From Macrostomum lignano (Eukaryota), in the NCBI GenBank assembly GCA_002269645.1, contig NIVC01000825.1:186001-250000 (forward strand): a DNA stretch of 64,000 bases, read 5' to 3'. Positions 48,370 through 60,864 of the stretch are shown one piece after another; positions within the stretch are counted from its first letter, which is position 1; each line of letters begins with the position of its first letter. The translations under genes and the position numbers were made by a program. The notes under the pieces were generated by a model that worked only from the letters and a program-made list of their open reading frames with translations, ran no database searches and was not told where the DNA came from.

Positions 48370-50100
48370 AGTGCATGGGTGATGCACTTTGGGTGATTGA
48401 CCTACATCAATACAGAGATTGCGGCAGCACTGGGACTTGAAGGGAAGGAGGAGCAAGGTCAACTTGAACGTGCTGAATGTTCAGACCGAGACATTCATGA
48501 CTTCACCAGTGATAATGAAATTGGAGAGCGCCGACGGAAAATGGAAGACGCATATCACTGCATACACTGACTGTCACTGGAAAGCTGAAAGCTACAGACT
48601 GGAGCACTTTTGCTGCACCATGGAAGCATCTCGAAGACATTCCATTCCCGAAGCTTACTCATCCGCCAGTCATTGAGCTGCTGATCGGTGTGGATCATGC
48701 TGAACTTCGAAATTCTGTGTAATTCGGAGAGCCACAAGAACGCCTCACGCCACTATGGACTTGCACTGGTCAATCAAAACCATCTTTGTCATTAGCGCAG
48801 CTTGACAGCACGTTCCTATGTCATGCAGCTGGCTCAGGGGAATTTTCTTCATTGCTACACAGAAGTCTTACCGTGGACGAGCAGTGCGCCGTGCAGCAGG
48901 CGAAGTCGACATTATCGATTAACAACAGTCGCTACAAAGTCGGCTTCCCCTGGAGACCAGGACGTTGCTCGCAGTTCGGCAGTTTCGAGATGGCTGTGAA
49001 TCGGCTTCAGAACACAAAAGCTAAAGGACACCAAGGTATCTGTGCAGTACCAGGCTTGCATCGAGCGCTACGAGCTATGAACAGCAGGGCTACATATCAG
49101 ACGGATTAGTGCTGAGGATCCGGCAGTAAAAAGGTCCTTCTTGTCACACTTTCCGGTGATTCGGTTTGACAAAAGCTACAACGAATCTTCGAATCATTTT
49201 TGACGCTTTGGCTTGCTTAATAGTCTCATCCTTCCAGGTCCAAATTACTTCGAGACTTGGTGGATGTGCTCCGCTTCCGAAAGTAATCAGTCGCCGTCAC
49301 ATGTGATGTGTCATAGACCTGACGTGTCTTTGGAATCAACAGCTCGCCTTCATAGCCCAGTTTGTTGTTCGTGAGCACACCTATCGACTGAAGGATGAAT
49401 TGCCTGTGGCAGCAAGGAAATGGGTGTCAAACTCCAAAAAACTACTAAATCAAGTACCATTGGAAGATCAAGCCGGAGAAGTAAGTCTGGATGGGACGTC
49501 GCTATCATAAAAAACACTGGGAGTAATCTGGAAGAGTGAGAATGACGAATTTACTTGCGGCAAAACGAGGTCTTTTAAAAAACTCGCGCGTCAGTATTCG
49601 ACCCTCTGGGTTTTATTTCGCCCTTCACAGTACTTGCAATGATGCTTCTACAGTTGTGGGCAGCGGTCAAGATTAGGATGAGACGCCAGATCCGGAGCTG
49701 GAAAAAAGAATTTATGTGTGATGCGAGAATTTCCACAGCTTGAACTAAGTTAGAGTCCGGCGTTGTCTGTATCAGTTTTCGGTGCATTGGCAGAAACGAC
49801 GCATTTAGTCCGACCAAGAGATGGCGACATGTTCAACGGCTGGTGAGAAACTTCTGGCACAGCTGGCTCCGCAAGTGGCTGCCAGGGCTGGGAGAGCATT
49901 TCGATCTGCAGGTGGGCGACATAGTGCTGCACGTGGCTCCAGACAGTCCGCGAGGTCGAACACCTCTGACACGGGTGCTAGACGTGTACCCAGGCAATGA
50001 CGGGCATGTGAAGGTTGCCAAAATTCAGCTAGCAGGCAAGACTTGATGCGGCCGATCGCACGACGGTGTGCATTGATACAGATTGCACAAAAACTTGACA
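48370..50100 (+). pseudogene. Decayed BEL/Pao LTR-retrotransposon pol
   Basis: LLIGVDH, RYKVGFPW, RT fragments (HFPVIRFDK, PGPN), RNase H fragment (KTLGVIW), and a C-terminal [45 protein letters not shown] segment (DUF5641-like). Many frameshifts and deletions. Confidence 0.85.
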
Positions 50101-50122
50101 TTTATTAAGGTTCAAATGATTG

Positions 50123-50315
50123 TGTAGCAGCGAGAGGCATTAATCAGATAGCAGCGAGCCCCGTTTGGCCATAGACAATATTCTTAAGCTGTTCTCGTTA
50201 CTTTACTGTCTCTAAAATCGAATAAAGCCGAAGTTAGAGCCCGCCAAGGGTTTACAACCGTTCTATCTCACTTCCACGAAATAATTTCCACTGCGTTTTT
50301 TGACTATTTCGAACG
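50123..50315 (+). mobile_element. LTR copy of the same family as 60865-61199
   Basis: Starts TGTAGC; shares ATTAATCAG, GCTGTT(T)CTCGTT, ACTGTCTCTAAAAT, AATAAAGCCGA, GTTTACAACC, TCTCACTT and TTCCACTGCG with the 60865 LTR; 3' end degenerate. Confidence 0.8.
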
Positions 50316-51101
50316 CATATTTCGACTTTCCCTGTTGATTTTAGTTTCGTTTGTTGCAAGTTACCGATTCCTAATATTTCTATGGCCGTACCCCAGAAGA
50401 AATCGACTGCTTGTGCCACCCTGAGATAATGACCACGTTTGGAGCGCTGGGTCGTATATAAAATGGTGAAATAATGGCCAAACACGAGTTGTCTAAATGG
50501 AATGATGGGTGTTGAAACAGACTGCAGTTGAATCAAACGTTGATAGGATTAACTGAACTTCCTCTAGAAGTTACAAGTTCAGCTCAAGTGGATTAGCATT
50601 TGATCCGATTCCACGCGGTAGTGCAAGCGGCGTCACAAGACCCTGGTCGATCTAATGTACAGATAATAACCTAAATCAATATTTAAACCCCTGCTGCTTT
50701 GATCAAAACAGACACGGAAAATAATCGATAAAAAATTCCGAGACTTTCAGCTGTCTGTTTTTTCTGCCAACTGGCAAACGGCAAATCAAGTATAGGTAAA
50801 AGTGTACTCACGGAAATTGTGTACGAGTAATTATCCGTCTGATCTGCGTGCACTGCAGCACGCTATTCGTGGCCACACAAAAGGGCTACAGCTGACGACA
50901 CGGCCCGCGCGAATGCCCAAAGCCCACTGACTAACTGCATGCATCGTGGCGCATTGTTGTGACAAAAGGGCTCTTTATCTTACGAGTACAATTGTGCCAA
51001 CCAAAAGCCCCTCCTTCCATACGCTCGTACAACAGAGCTGTCATGCAAATGTCTGTTATCTAAAACATCTGGAACCACTGGACTGAACCAAGGACTGTTC
51101 A

Positions 51102-51266
51102 TTTATATAGAGGGAATCGCACTAGAAAAAGTTGGTGACAAAGCCTGTCTCTGAACTGAAGCTTTATGAATAATTCATTTCTCAGGTAGGATCCCGACGA
51201 ATTTGCTATTTCTCGTCCTAGTTGAACTTGTTACGACCATTGCAACAGCCTTTTTTGCTCCAACAG
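51102..51266 (+). promoter_or_regulatory. TATA box, non-coding first exon and 81-nt 5'UTR intron of cystatin
   Basis: TATATAG at 51104; donor CAG|GTAGG at 51186; acceptor CAACAG at 51266; intron size typical for this window. Confidence 0.55.
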
Positions 51267-51283
51267 AACTCAGTAGCTGAAAC

Positions 51284-51733
51284 ATGAAGTGCGTAATTCT
51301 GCTGTCTGTAGTTGCCTTCTCTCTGGCCGGCGTCGCCATTGGCTCCCTGATCGGCGGCAAGAGCCCTCTGACAGAGGCAGACGTTAAATCGCCTGAGTTC
51401 CGCGGCGCCTTGGACATGGCTACGCTGGAGATGAACCGGCTGAGCAGCCAGCCCAGATTCTACGCAGTGCTCAACTTCATGAGCGGCACCAAACAGGTGG
51501 TTGCCGGTGTCTTCTACGAATTCAGCGTCGTTTTGCGCGCCACCGAGTGCGAGAGCCACAAGGAGCAGAACCTGGAGAATTTGGCCAAGTGCGCCCCAGT
51601 GAACTTGCCAGGCGCCTCCGAGTTCCGCTGCAACTTCAAGGTTCTCTACCAGCCGTGGTCCAGCAACTCTGCGTACCGGGTTATGAGCGAGCCGTCCTGC
51701 GTGTCACCCCGGGAGGTGCCCTTCGCCGGCTAA
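51284..51733 (+). CDS. Secreted type-2 cystatin (149 aa)
   Basis: Signal peptide, N-terminal Gly (LIGG), QVVAG, PW motif and four Cys; AATAAA near 51877. Confidence 0.96.
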   Translation: MKCVILLSVVAFSLAGVAIGSLIGGKSPLTEADVKSPEFRGALDMATLEMNRLSSQPRFYAVLNFMSGTKQVVAGVFYEFSVVLRATECESHKEQNLENLAKCAPVNLPGASEFRCNFKVLYQPWSSNSAYRVMSEPSCVSPREVPFAG

Positions 51734-52059
51734 GAGCCCCGAGGATTACTAGGACAACGAGTCGTGGGTCGAATTTCAGTTTTAGTGCACTATAAGCGCG
51801 TCTGAGGCAGAAAAACCGCTTGGTTATCTGCGTACATATCTTTGTTGACTTCAGCCCCTTGGTTTACCAAACATAAAATAAATAGACAACTGCAGTACCC
51901 GCTAGTTCAATTCATTGTTTCATTTATTATTTTTTTAATGGTCAAGCGAGCTATCCTTACATCTCCGACCCAGTGTACAACAATTATGATTTAAAAGAAG
52001 AAACACAAATCAGATTATTTCGCATCCAGATTTGCATACATGTAAATTAGAATTTTGTA

Positions 52060-53030
52060 TTGAATCTGAATCCGAATCTGAATCCGAATCTGAATCCGAA
52101 TCTGAATCCGAATCTGAATCCGAATCTGAATCCGAATCTGAATCCGAATCTGAATCCGAATCTGAATCCGAATCTGAATCCGAATCTGAATCCGAATCTG
52201 AATCCGAATCTGAATCCGAATCTGAATCCGAATCTGAATCCGAATCTGAATCCGAATCTGAATCCGAATCTGAATCCGAATCTGAATCCGAATCTGAATC
52301 CGAATCTGAATCCAAATCCGAATCTGAATCCAAATCCGAATCTGAATCCAAATCCGAATCTGAATCCAAATCCGAATCTGAATCCAAATCCGAATCTGAA
52401 TCCAAATCCGAATCTGGATCCAAATCCGAATCTGAATCCAAATCCGAATCTGAATCCAAATCCGAATCTGAATCCAAATCCGAATCTGAATCCGAATCTG
52501 AATCCAAATCCGAATCTGAATCCAAATCCGAATCTGAATCCAAATCCGAATCTGAATCCAAATCCGAATCTGAATCCAAATCCGAATCTGGATCCAAATC
52601 CGAATCTGAATCCAAATCCGAATCTGAATCCAAATCCGAATCTGAATCCAAATCCGAATCTGAATCCGAATCTGAATCCAAATCCGAATCTGAATCCAAA
52701 TCCGAATCTGAATCCAAATCCGAATCTGAATCCAAATCCGAATCTGAATCCAAATCCGAATCTGAATCCAAATCCGAATCTGAATCTGAATCTGAATTTG
52801 AATCTGAATCCAAATCCGAATCTGAATCCAAATCCGAATCTGAATCCAAATCCGAATCCGAATCCGAATCCGAATCTGAATCCAAATCCGAATCTGAATC
52901 CAAATCCGAATCTGAATCCGAATCCGAATCTGAATCCGAATCCGAATCTGAATCCAAATCCGAATCTGAATCCAAATCCGAATCTGAATCCGAATCCGAA
53001 TCCGAATCTGAATCTGAATTTGAATCTGCA
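52060..53030. repeat. Hexamer-based array: 12-bp (TGAATCCGAATC)n grading into 18-bp (TGAATCCAAATCCGAATC)n
   Basis: Direct reading; five of the six frames appear as long ORFs in the track because the units lack stops in those frames. Confidence 0.97.
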
Positions 53031-54619
53031 TATATAGTAGGATTCCACTATAATAAAGACACTACTTTTTTAAGGCTCTTCTAAGTAGTATATCAAAGTT
53101 TTTTGTTGTATTTAGCTCGTAGAATTCTAAATCTTGATCGAATTACAACTGTTAATTTACTCACTAGAAGCTTTGGATTAAAATATAACAAAGAATAGCG
53201 TCTCTCGCACACAAGCTAACTCAGGAAACCTGTTCGCAAATGAATAATGCCTACCCTTATTATTTTTCGGCTCGTAGCAGCCCAGCTATAATAATGATCA
53301 TCTTCTAACAGGTGAGGCAGGTGCGAAAAATATAATTAGCATGTTGTCGCCTTGGCATGAATCGCCATGCAGGTTTTTTGGTTCTGACCGGATGTGAAAA
53401 AAAGAAATTGTATGAAATTTAAGTGTAGGTCGACATTCTCATTCATATGCGCATGAGAGCTGGGATTTGTTAATCTCGCTTGTTCTCTCTCTCTCTCTCT
53501 CTAGGACTAATCCCCAACAGGTGCTTCCCTGCTCGCACAGAGCATTCAAAATGCTCGCCTAGGACCAAGTTTCTTGCATGTCTATCGCTGCCGATCGTGC
53601 CCTGGCATACACCTAGTTATTAGTTGAGTTGAATCACAGAGAATTAACACTGTATGGTCAAGGGATAAATTGAAAATTCTGGAATTGAGGAGTGAGAGAG
53701 AGTGGGTGAGCGTGTGAAAGTCCCTGAGCAGAACAATATGGGAATTAGCAGCAGCAAATGTGAGGCAGATGTAATAAAAGGAAAGTAAAGGCAGGTGCTG
53801 AACAAATGCTTGTGAGGCAAAATTATCACTGGCTGTCAGGCAGGCAGTCGCCAGTACAAACAATACATATATATATAGATTGACTCCATAATCAGGCGTT
53901 TGGGAAGAGACAAAAAAGCGACGAATGGATAGTCGCGAAAAATCCTTTAGCAAACCTCGGGAGCCGGGAGCGGCGGGGGATATTTGGCGTAAGCCCCACC
54001 TCGCCTCCTCGCGGAGCGAGCGCCTTCTTCTCCTCGCTCAGTAAGTCAACAGAGACAGTCAGTCAGAGTCTAATAAAAATGAGCTGACTGCTCCAATAAC
54101 TTCCTCACTGGAGAGAGAGAAGCGGGCTCCAAGTGTGCCAAACACGCTTTCTCTCTCTCTCTCTCGTCTCCCATTCCCAACGCGCGGGACATCAGTTCTG
54201 CTTTTAGAAGCAGCAGAAGCGGAGGCGGCGGCGGCAGCAGCGGCTGGTTGTGTGCGTGACCCAGAAAGCAATTTCTGGCAAAGATTTTTCAATCCACTCT
54301 GCATTGATCAGCGCAGCTACATGGATTTGAGTTCTGCAATTTCGCTTCACCTGCAGAGGCTTGATATTGAAGAGCAGTTCGAGCAATTTAAATAATTATC
54401 CCCACCGCCTCAGCTCCGGGAAAGACAATTAAAGCCACACAAGTGGACGAGACTGCAGACTTCTGCAGACTGGCGGCAGAGCATTGTAGGCTGCACGCCC
54501 CCGATGGTGACTGCATGGGTTCTCAAACAGCTCGGCATCTACTCGATTTTCAGACATAGGGCATAATTTTTTTATTCAATTGCTGAAAGGATTTCTGCTG
54601 CGCAATTTAATCATTAAGT

Positions 54620-55445
54620 TGAAGATTCAATGATCCAATGACCCAATGACCCAATTACCCAAAAACCCAAATACCCAATTACTCGATGAACCAATGACCC
54701 AATGACCCAAATACCCAAATACCCAATGACCCAATGATCCAATGATCCAGTGCTTAATGACCCAATGACCCAATGACCCAATTACCTAAATACCCAATGA
54801 ACTAGTGACCCAGTGACTTAATGACCCAATGATCCAATGACCGAATGATCCACTGACCCAATTATCCAATGACCCAATCTGGCGAGTAAAGAAACCAAAT
54901 AACCCAATTACTCAATGACCCAATCATCCAATGACCCAATGACCCAATGACCCAATGATCCAAGGATCCAATGACCCAATGACCTAATAACCCAATGACC
55001 CAATGATCCAAGGATCCAATGACCCAATGACCTAATAACCCAATGACCCAATGACCCAATGACCCAATGACCCAATGACTCAATGACCCAATGACCCAAT
55101 GACCCAATGACCCAATGACCCAATGACCCAATGACCCAATGATCCAAGGATCCAATGACCCAATGACCTAATAACCCAATGACCCAATGATCCAAGGATC
55201 CAATGACCCAATGACCTAATAACCCAATGACCCAATGACCCAATGACCCAATGACCCAATGACTCAATGACCCAATGACCCAATGACCCAATGACCCAAT
55301 GATCCAATGATCCAATGACCCAATGACCCAATGACCCAATGACCCAAATACCCAATGAACCAATGACCCAGTGACTCAATGAACCAATGACCCAGTGACC
55401 CAATGACCCAATGACCCAATGACCCAATGATCCAATGAACCAACC
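54620..55445. repeat. 8-bp array (AATGACCC)n, degenerate
   Basis: Direct reading. Confidence 0.95.
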
Positions 55446-56189
55446 TGGCGAGTAAAGAAACCAAATAAACCAGACGATGCACTTCACCAGCTAGGAGCCC
55501 GAGGATTATTAGGACTATGAGTCGAATTTCAGCTGCTGTTTGGAGAGCTTGGTCTGCTTAAGTACAGTCTGCTCAACGAGACAGAATGCAGTGAGCCCCT
55601 TTTTGCCCCTCTGTTTACCTGGATTCGGCTGCAAATATAACAATAGCCACAGCTGCAGTGCCCGCTGGTTAATAAGTTTTTATTATCTCTCATTACATAA
55701 CTAACTAGAGTTGTTACATTTTCATGTGATTCTAATCGAAACACTAATCAGATTTTCATTGTACTCGTATATGTGGCACACATTGGACATTATTTCAATC
55801 CAAGATTATTACGTGGCAATTAGTTCAGCAGAGAAAAAGGATGGATTAAACCATGGAAAAACAAGCGAAGAGGCAAGAGCTCTGTTTGGGAAAGAGAAGA
55901 AGCCTGCAGTAAAAGGCTTGCCTAGGGGCCATAATTTTAGCAGAATAAATGGGGTGGGTTGAACCATAGAAATACAAGCGATGAAGAAATGCTTTATATG
56001 AAAAGGCTCAAATACGAGCTAATACAGCGGAAAACTTGAGTCGAGAAATAGAATAGCTCTTGCTGGCTACTAAACTAGCGCATGGATCTCATTAATTTGG
56101 GTAATCTACCCGTTGATTCTTTAAACGTGGTGACAAATAGGAAGGACACCAGACTGATGCCGAGTTGGAGGAATTCATCCATTGACTTA

Positions 56190-56790
56190 AGAACGCGGTG
56201 GATTTCTGTGACACACCAGAGCTACCTACCGAGGATGTCACAGGGAAGCTGGACGCGGCTGAAATTGAATCACTGCAGCGAACCACGCAGGAGCAAATGC
56301 GACGTCATGGGAAAGCTTTCGAGAAATTCTTGAAGGAACACACCTTGAAGACTGTGCCACGATGGAGCCGTGGAAACTCAACGAATGCCTACGGTATTCC
56401 GATTTCGGTTTGAAGAAGTAAAGAGGAGATCTTTATGTACCTGCAAGTCTAGTGTGCCTTCGGGAAGGCATCCTTCAGCTGGTCAAGAAGCGTTCGGTGA
56501 GCTTGGTGGGTGGAGAAGAGTTGGGAAGCTCCCAGTTCGAGGCATTCCAAGAAGCAGATATACTTAAGTTTTGTTTACAATCCTATACGTCTTTGGTGAG
56601 CGGGGACAAGAGCACCTCAATGAACTTCCTTCAATCGGAACTCAAGCGAGGTGCTACTAATGATGCCAAGCAAGTACGCATGTATGACACCGCTATCTTG
56701 AAGCGCTACCTAGAACGCTTACCAGCTACCACCAAGGATGCTCCTATTCCCGAAGCCACTGAAGGGAGAAGACAAGGATCTTTTCAATAA
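56190..56790 (+). pseudogene. Crypton-like (DUF3504/ZMYM-type) tyrosine-recombinase N-terminal remnant
   Basis: QRTTQEQMRRHGKAFEKFLKE, then a frameshift, then EPWKLNECLRYSDFGLKK*RGDLYVPASLVCLREGILQLV. Resembles the ELxxxLxxF..RKxDGxxYxPxSLxxxxxGIQRYL pattern as I recall it. Confidence 0.5.
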
Positions 56791-57588
56791 TGGTAAATCG
56801 AGGCAAGAACTACTGGAACAACTTCATGAAAACTTGAGCACGAAGGCTGGGTTGCCTAATACACAAACAAGCTGTATTAGGTAGGTCCATGACCACCGTT
56901 CATGCTTTATAATTAAAGATAAAGTTTATATAATTTTTTCATATCTTTACGTGTGCATCAAATTCTTTCGCCTAAGGGTTACTGGCATTTGCAACCTGCA
57001 TTCGATGGGCCATAGTATCGACGAAACCATTAACTTCTCCAGGATCTGACGACTCCAAGTACGGAGGATATACATGTAGCTTCGGCTCCTACGGCTCCGG
57101 CCTCGCCAGAAGCTTCGGACACAAGTGCGAGAATTCAGCCGATTCAGTCCGAGTCCAGCCGTGTAGAGAATTGTCAGTCAGTCCATGAACCTTCTAGCAA
57201 CATCATTGTAATGGATCTACCAGCTAAGATGATCTACCAAATCAGTCTATTGGAAGAGCATTGTTCACGAGCTCAAGTTACCAGTCAATTGTTTGTGGCT
57301 ACGTCCAAGTCAGGGCCATCTAGATTTCAATTTTCTGAATGCGGGTTCAAGAACTGTTCGTTTAATCCGAAAGAGAGAACTGTCTGAACTAAAATGACGA
57401 ATTGTTGGCGTTAACGAATTGTCTATGGCCATGTTTGAATTCATATTACATGTTACAGTGTATCTTGAGCTGTGTCTCATTCTATTAAGTTTCAGGAACT
57501 CGAGTTTGCGATACGATTCAACTGCCATTTTGAACCTCTTCGATGTAACTCGGACACATCAGTTTTAAACTATAGATTATTACTCGTA

Positions 57589-58666
57589 TCTATACATTAT
57601 ATAAAAACGAAACCTGTCTGCCTGTGTCTGTATAACAACTTACATCGTGACTTTTAAACTGCATAACTACACCAAATTCTACACCCACCCTAAACTCGCT
57701 ATCGGAAATTCCTTAGTTAAATTCGATTCTTCATGACTCAAAGTGTAAATTTTCTTATTCCTCCCGTACCGTCGCTTGAATTTGACAGAACCCTAATCCC
57801 AAATTAAAATTAAAATTCAAGTTAGTCCTGAACAACGTACGTTGCTTACTTAAAAAAACAGCGTTATAGTCTGTTTTTGGCGAAACAGCCAGCCGAATCT
57901 TTCGCTTTCTTTCCCTATCTACGCTTTGAAATCTGAGCTTTGAGATTTATTAACTTTTGGCTGCCAAAACTTTGCTCCACATGAACCTTTTTATTTCAAA
58001 CCTGAAAACTTTAGTTTACAGTGGGTCACGATTCTCTTGACCTTCCTGGATCCGCCTGTCTAGGTCGAGTAATAGCTAGCTTTCCACTTGTTCCACGATA
58101 CGCCTAGCAACCCTTCCAGCTGCTTTAGCCACTATATTAGCGTTTATTTCTGAAGTAGACTCGAATTGTCTTGGCGTTGCGGCACCAGTATACACATTTC
58201 TGGGCGCCCATATCCAAATACATGTATTGCAACTGCAATTGCCACCATTGGGGCGCAGTCAGTTAATAATATTCCCTGCCATGTTTGGTTGGGAAAGAAT
58301 TCGGACGCATTGCCGTGCCTTTATTTTAGACTATCTTGTCTCTCTTCAGTTTTCCGCATACATATGCAAGATTAGAGCCATATAGAAGCCCTAATGACAT
58401 GCAGTTTAACTCGTATTCTCATAAAAATCAATTAAGCTGGGGGACACAAGTTTACAGGTTTGCAACATGCTTACTTAAACTTCAATGTTTGATCCCTTGG
58501 ATACATCCTTTCTGTTGCGATTTTTCTGGTCCATTGTTTGTACTTGGGAAACTGTTTTAATCTTCAATAAGGCCGATTGTTAAAAAAATATATAACGATG
58601 TCAGTAGCTGCGGAAACAGTCAAGTCAAAAGTAAAAAAACCGGGCACCGCAACGCCGGTTCACTAC
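57589..58666 (+). mobile_element. Possible non-autonomous Helitron-like element
   Basis: 5' TCTATACATTATATAAAAACG..TGTCTG and a 3' GC hairpin CCGGGCACCGCAACGCCGG; the terminal CTAG is not intact. Confidence 0.3.
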
Positions 58667-59848
58667 AACATGATTGAGGACGTCAACGATGTCAATATCA
58701 ATTCAGACTTGAAGCTGCAGCAGTAGTTGACCTACAAGCTGAATCACCTGTACATTAACTGGCCCTGGGACCTTTCATTGTGCTAGTAACGAGTCATTCT
58801 TACTCGTATTTATGCAAGTGTTTTAAATAAGTTTGGTTATACTTTACCAAATCCTATGCTCATGTTTCAAATGAATTATTTTTTGCAAGCGGGTAGCAGC
58901 CTGGTCGACAACCAGAATCTATACAACCTATTAAACATACTTTAAGCCTCTACAGTTATTGAAGAAGAAGCAATATCGGATGACTTTTTGAGAATAATCA
59001 AGCGAGGGCTAGCGAATAAACTTTTTCGAGTCTGGTTGTCAAGCGGAGCGCTAAGTCGACGACAACGACAGGGCTGCTCTGGAAGACTTCAGCCGAGCTA
59101 TGTCTATAGGCTCGAGGCCGGTAGCTACTCGCCAGGATAGCGGCTATGTCGGCACTGTTGTGTCATGAAGAGGGAGCCCTTAAAAGGGCCATTTTACTAA
59201 ACAACAAGCTTAGTTTTAATAGGGGTATTTTTCTTATTACTCTACTATAAGTAGGCGTCAACGTAAATGTTTTGCAAACAATAAATACTTTTCGTGTTGC
59301 CAAATTTATCGATCGTGTAATAATTCATGCTTGGATGCAAAATATAAGTGCAGGGTTGTCGTCCTAAGTGGAGCACGACTTTTGGCTGAATTCTTACCGG
59401 CTTTAGAGTTTATAGAAACGCCACAGGCACCGCTACCGTCGGCGGTGTCAAAGTTGGCATCGGCTGTGGTCGAGGTCGAGGTCCTGGCCTGTAATGTATC
59501 TGGTTTATTTTAATATCTTGACATTGAACATAAACATGAATTTGAACATTGACATTCAATGCTTAATGTTTAATGTTCAAATTTTATTTGAGCTATGGCA
59601 TCTCCTACTCATTGATTTTCCACGTGTACACGCGCACATGCATAAGAGCCCAAAGCCGAGGGCTAAGAGGTTAATAGTAAAGTTGGATGAGCTACGAGCT
59701 CGAATGCAATACTCAAAACCGATTGCCTTCACGCTGAACTCCAAGAGCCGGGGAACAAAATACGGTCGCCCCCTGAAGGTCTGAAGACTGACGGACTTTT
59801 CTTGATGCTAGTCTTGATGCTGGAAAATCACCAGGAAACTGATTTTGC

Positions 59849-60650
59849 TACATGAGGGCCGTGCAATATTTTTTAGGTTCGTTTTGACATGCGAAGCGGC
59901 ACAGTCTACGATCAATTATATGCTTAAACAAATACAGTAGGGGAGTTTGACTGAATTTTCAACAAAGTAATTGCAGATACTGCCGCTGTATAATGCACAC
60001 GGTATTGATTCACTACAATATTCTAGACGTTATGAGTAAAAGACTTGTTGGACACTCCTGGTACGATTGTATGCCAATCACAGCGGAGTCAACTGGAAAT
60101 GACGATTTCTTATGATCGACATGACGATTCTTTTATGGTGAACATGATGATCATTTTATGGTGAACATGACGAGTGGTAGCAGCCGTAAGACACGCGGCC
60201 AACAGTCGTCCATCGGAGTCAAGACGTCAAGAAGATTATGCTCATCGTTGCCTACGATGCCTTTGGCATTCTGATCGTGCACCGAGTGCCCCAGGATCAG
60301 ACCGTGAACCAGCAGTACTACAGAGAATTTCTGATGCTGCATCTCCGACCTGCCATCCGCAAGAAGCGACCAGCTCTGCTGAGTGACGGACCTCTCGTGC
60401 TGCACGGCAATGCGAGTGCGCACACAAGCAGCGCAGTGAAGCAGCTGCTGCTGAGTTATGACTGGGAGGTGCTGCCTCACCCACCCTAATCCCCTGACAT
60501 CAGTCCTTGTGACTTTGAGTTGCTTCCGAAGTTGAAGACTCAGTACCGCGGGCGCCAGTTCACCGACCTTGATCAGCTGTTTGGCGAAGTCGTCCAACTG
60601 GCAAATCACCCGGCACGTACAGGAGCCGTGGAAGGAGTTCGGATGCAATT
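59849..60650 (+). pseudogene. Mariner (DD34D-type) transposase remnant
   Basis: MLIVAYDAFGIL..TVNQQYY..LRPAIRKKRP..LHGNASAH..EVLPHPP*SPDISPCDFELLPKLK (YSPDLAPxD motif with Y changed to stop). TIR-like TA-CATGAGGGCCGTGCAATA at 59849. Confidence 0.88.
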
Positions 60651-60864
60651 ATTCGCAAACAACTACAACCCTAAACGCCATGCATTATCTGCTACATATA
60701 GTCTTGCCAATTCTGAAACCAAAAGAGAGAAAAACAAGCAAGCAACGACATGCAACGTGGAGGATATCATAAGACTGAGCCCGACTTTTGGATGCACATG
60801 AAGCTGGAAACGATTACCTGGCGGTGGCTCGCACGCTTAACGTTAAACGCTAAACTATGTACAT

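Noticed and set aside
52010-53084. Ser-Asp repeat ORF resembling staphylococcal SD-repeat adhesins
   Set aside because: Five of six frames are long ORFs because of hexamer periodicity; there is no signal peptide, LPXTG motif or flanking domain, and the context is eukaryotic.
54059-54395. Poly-Ala ORFs on both strands
   Set aside because: Driven by GCN/CT low complexity; no domain or convincing splice pair.
57730-58000. Minus-strand RFHVEQSFG resembling an ISL2EU/Harbinger transposase C-terminus
   Set aside because: Too short and degraded to support without a search.
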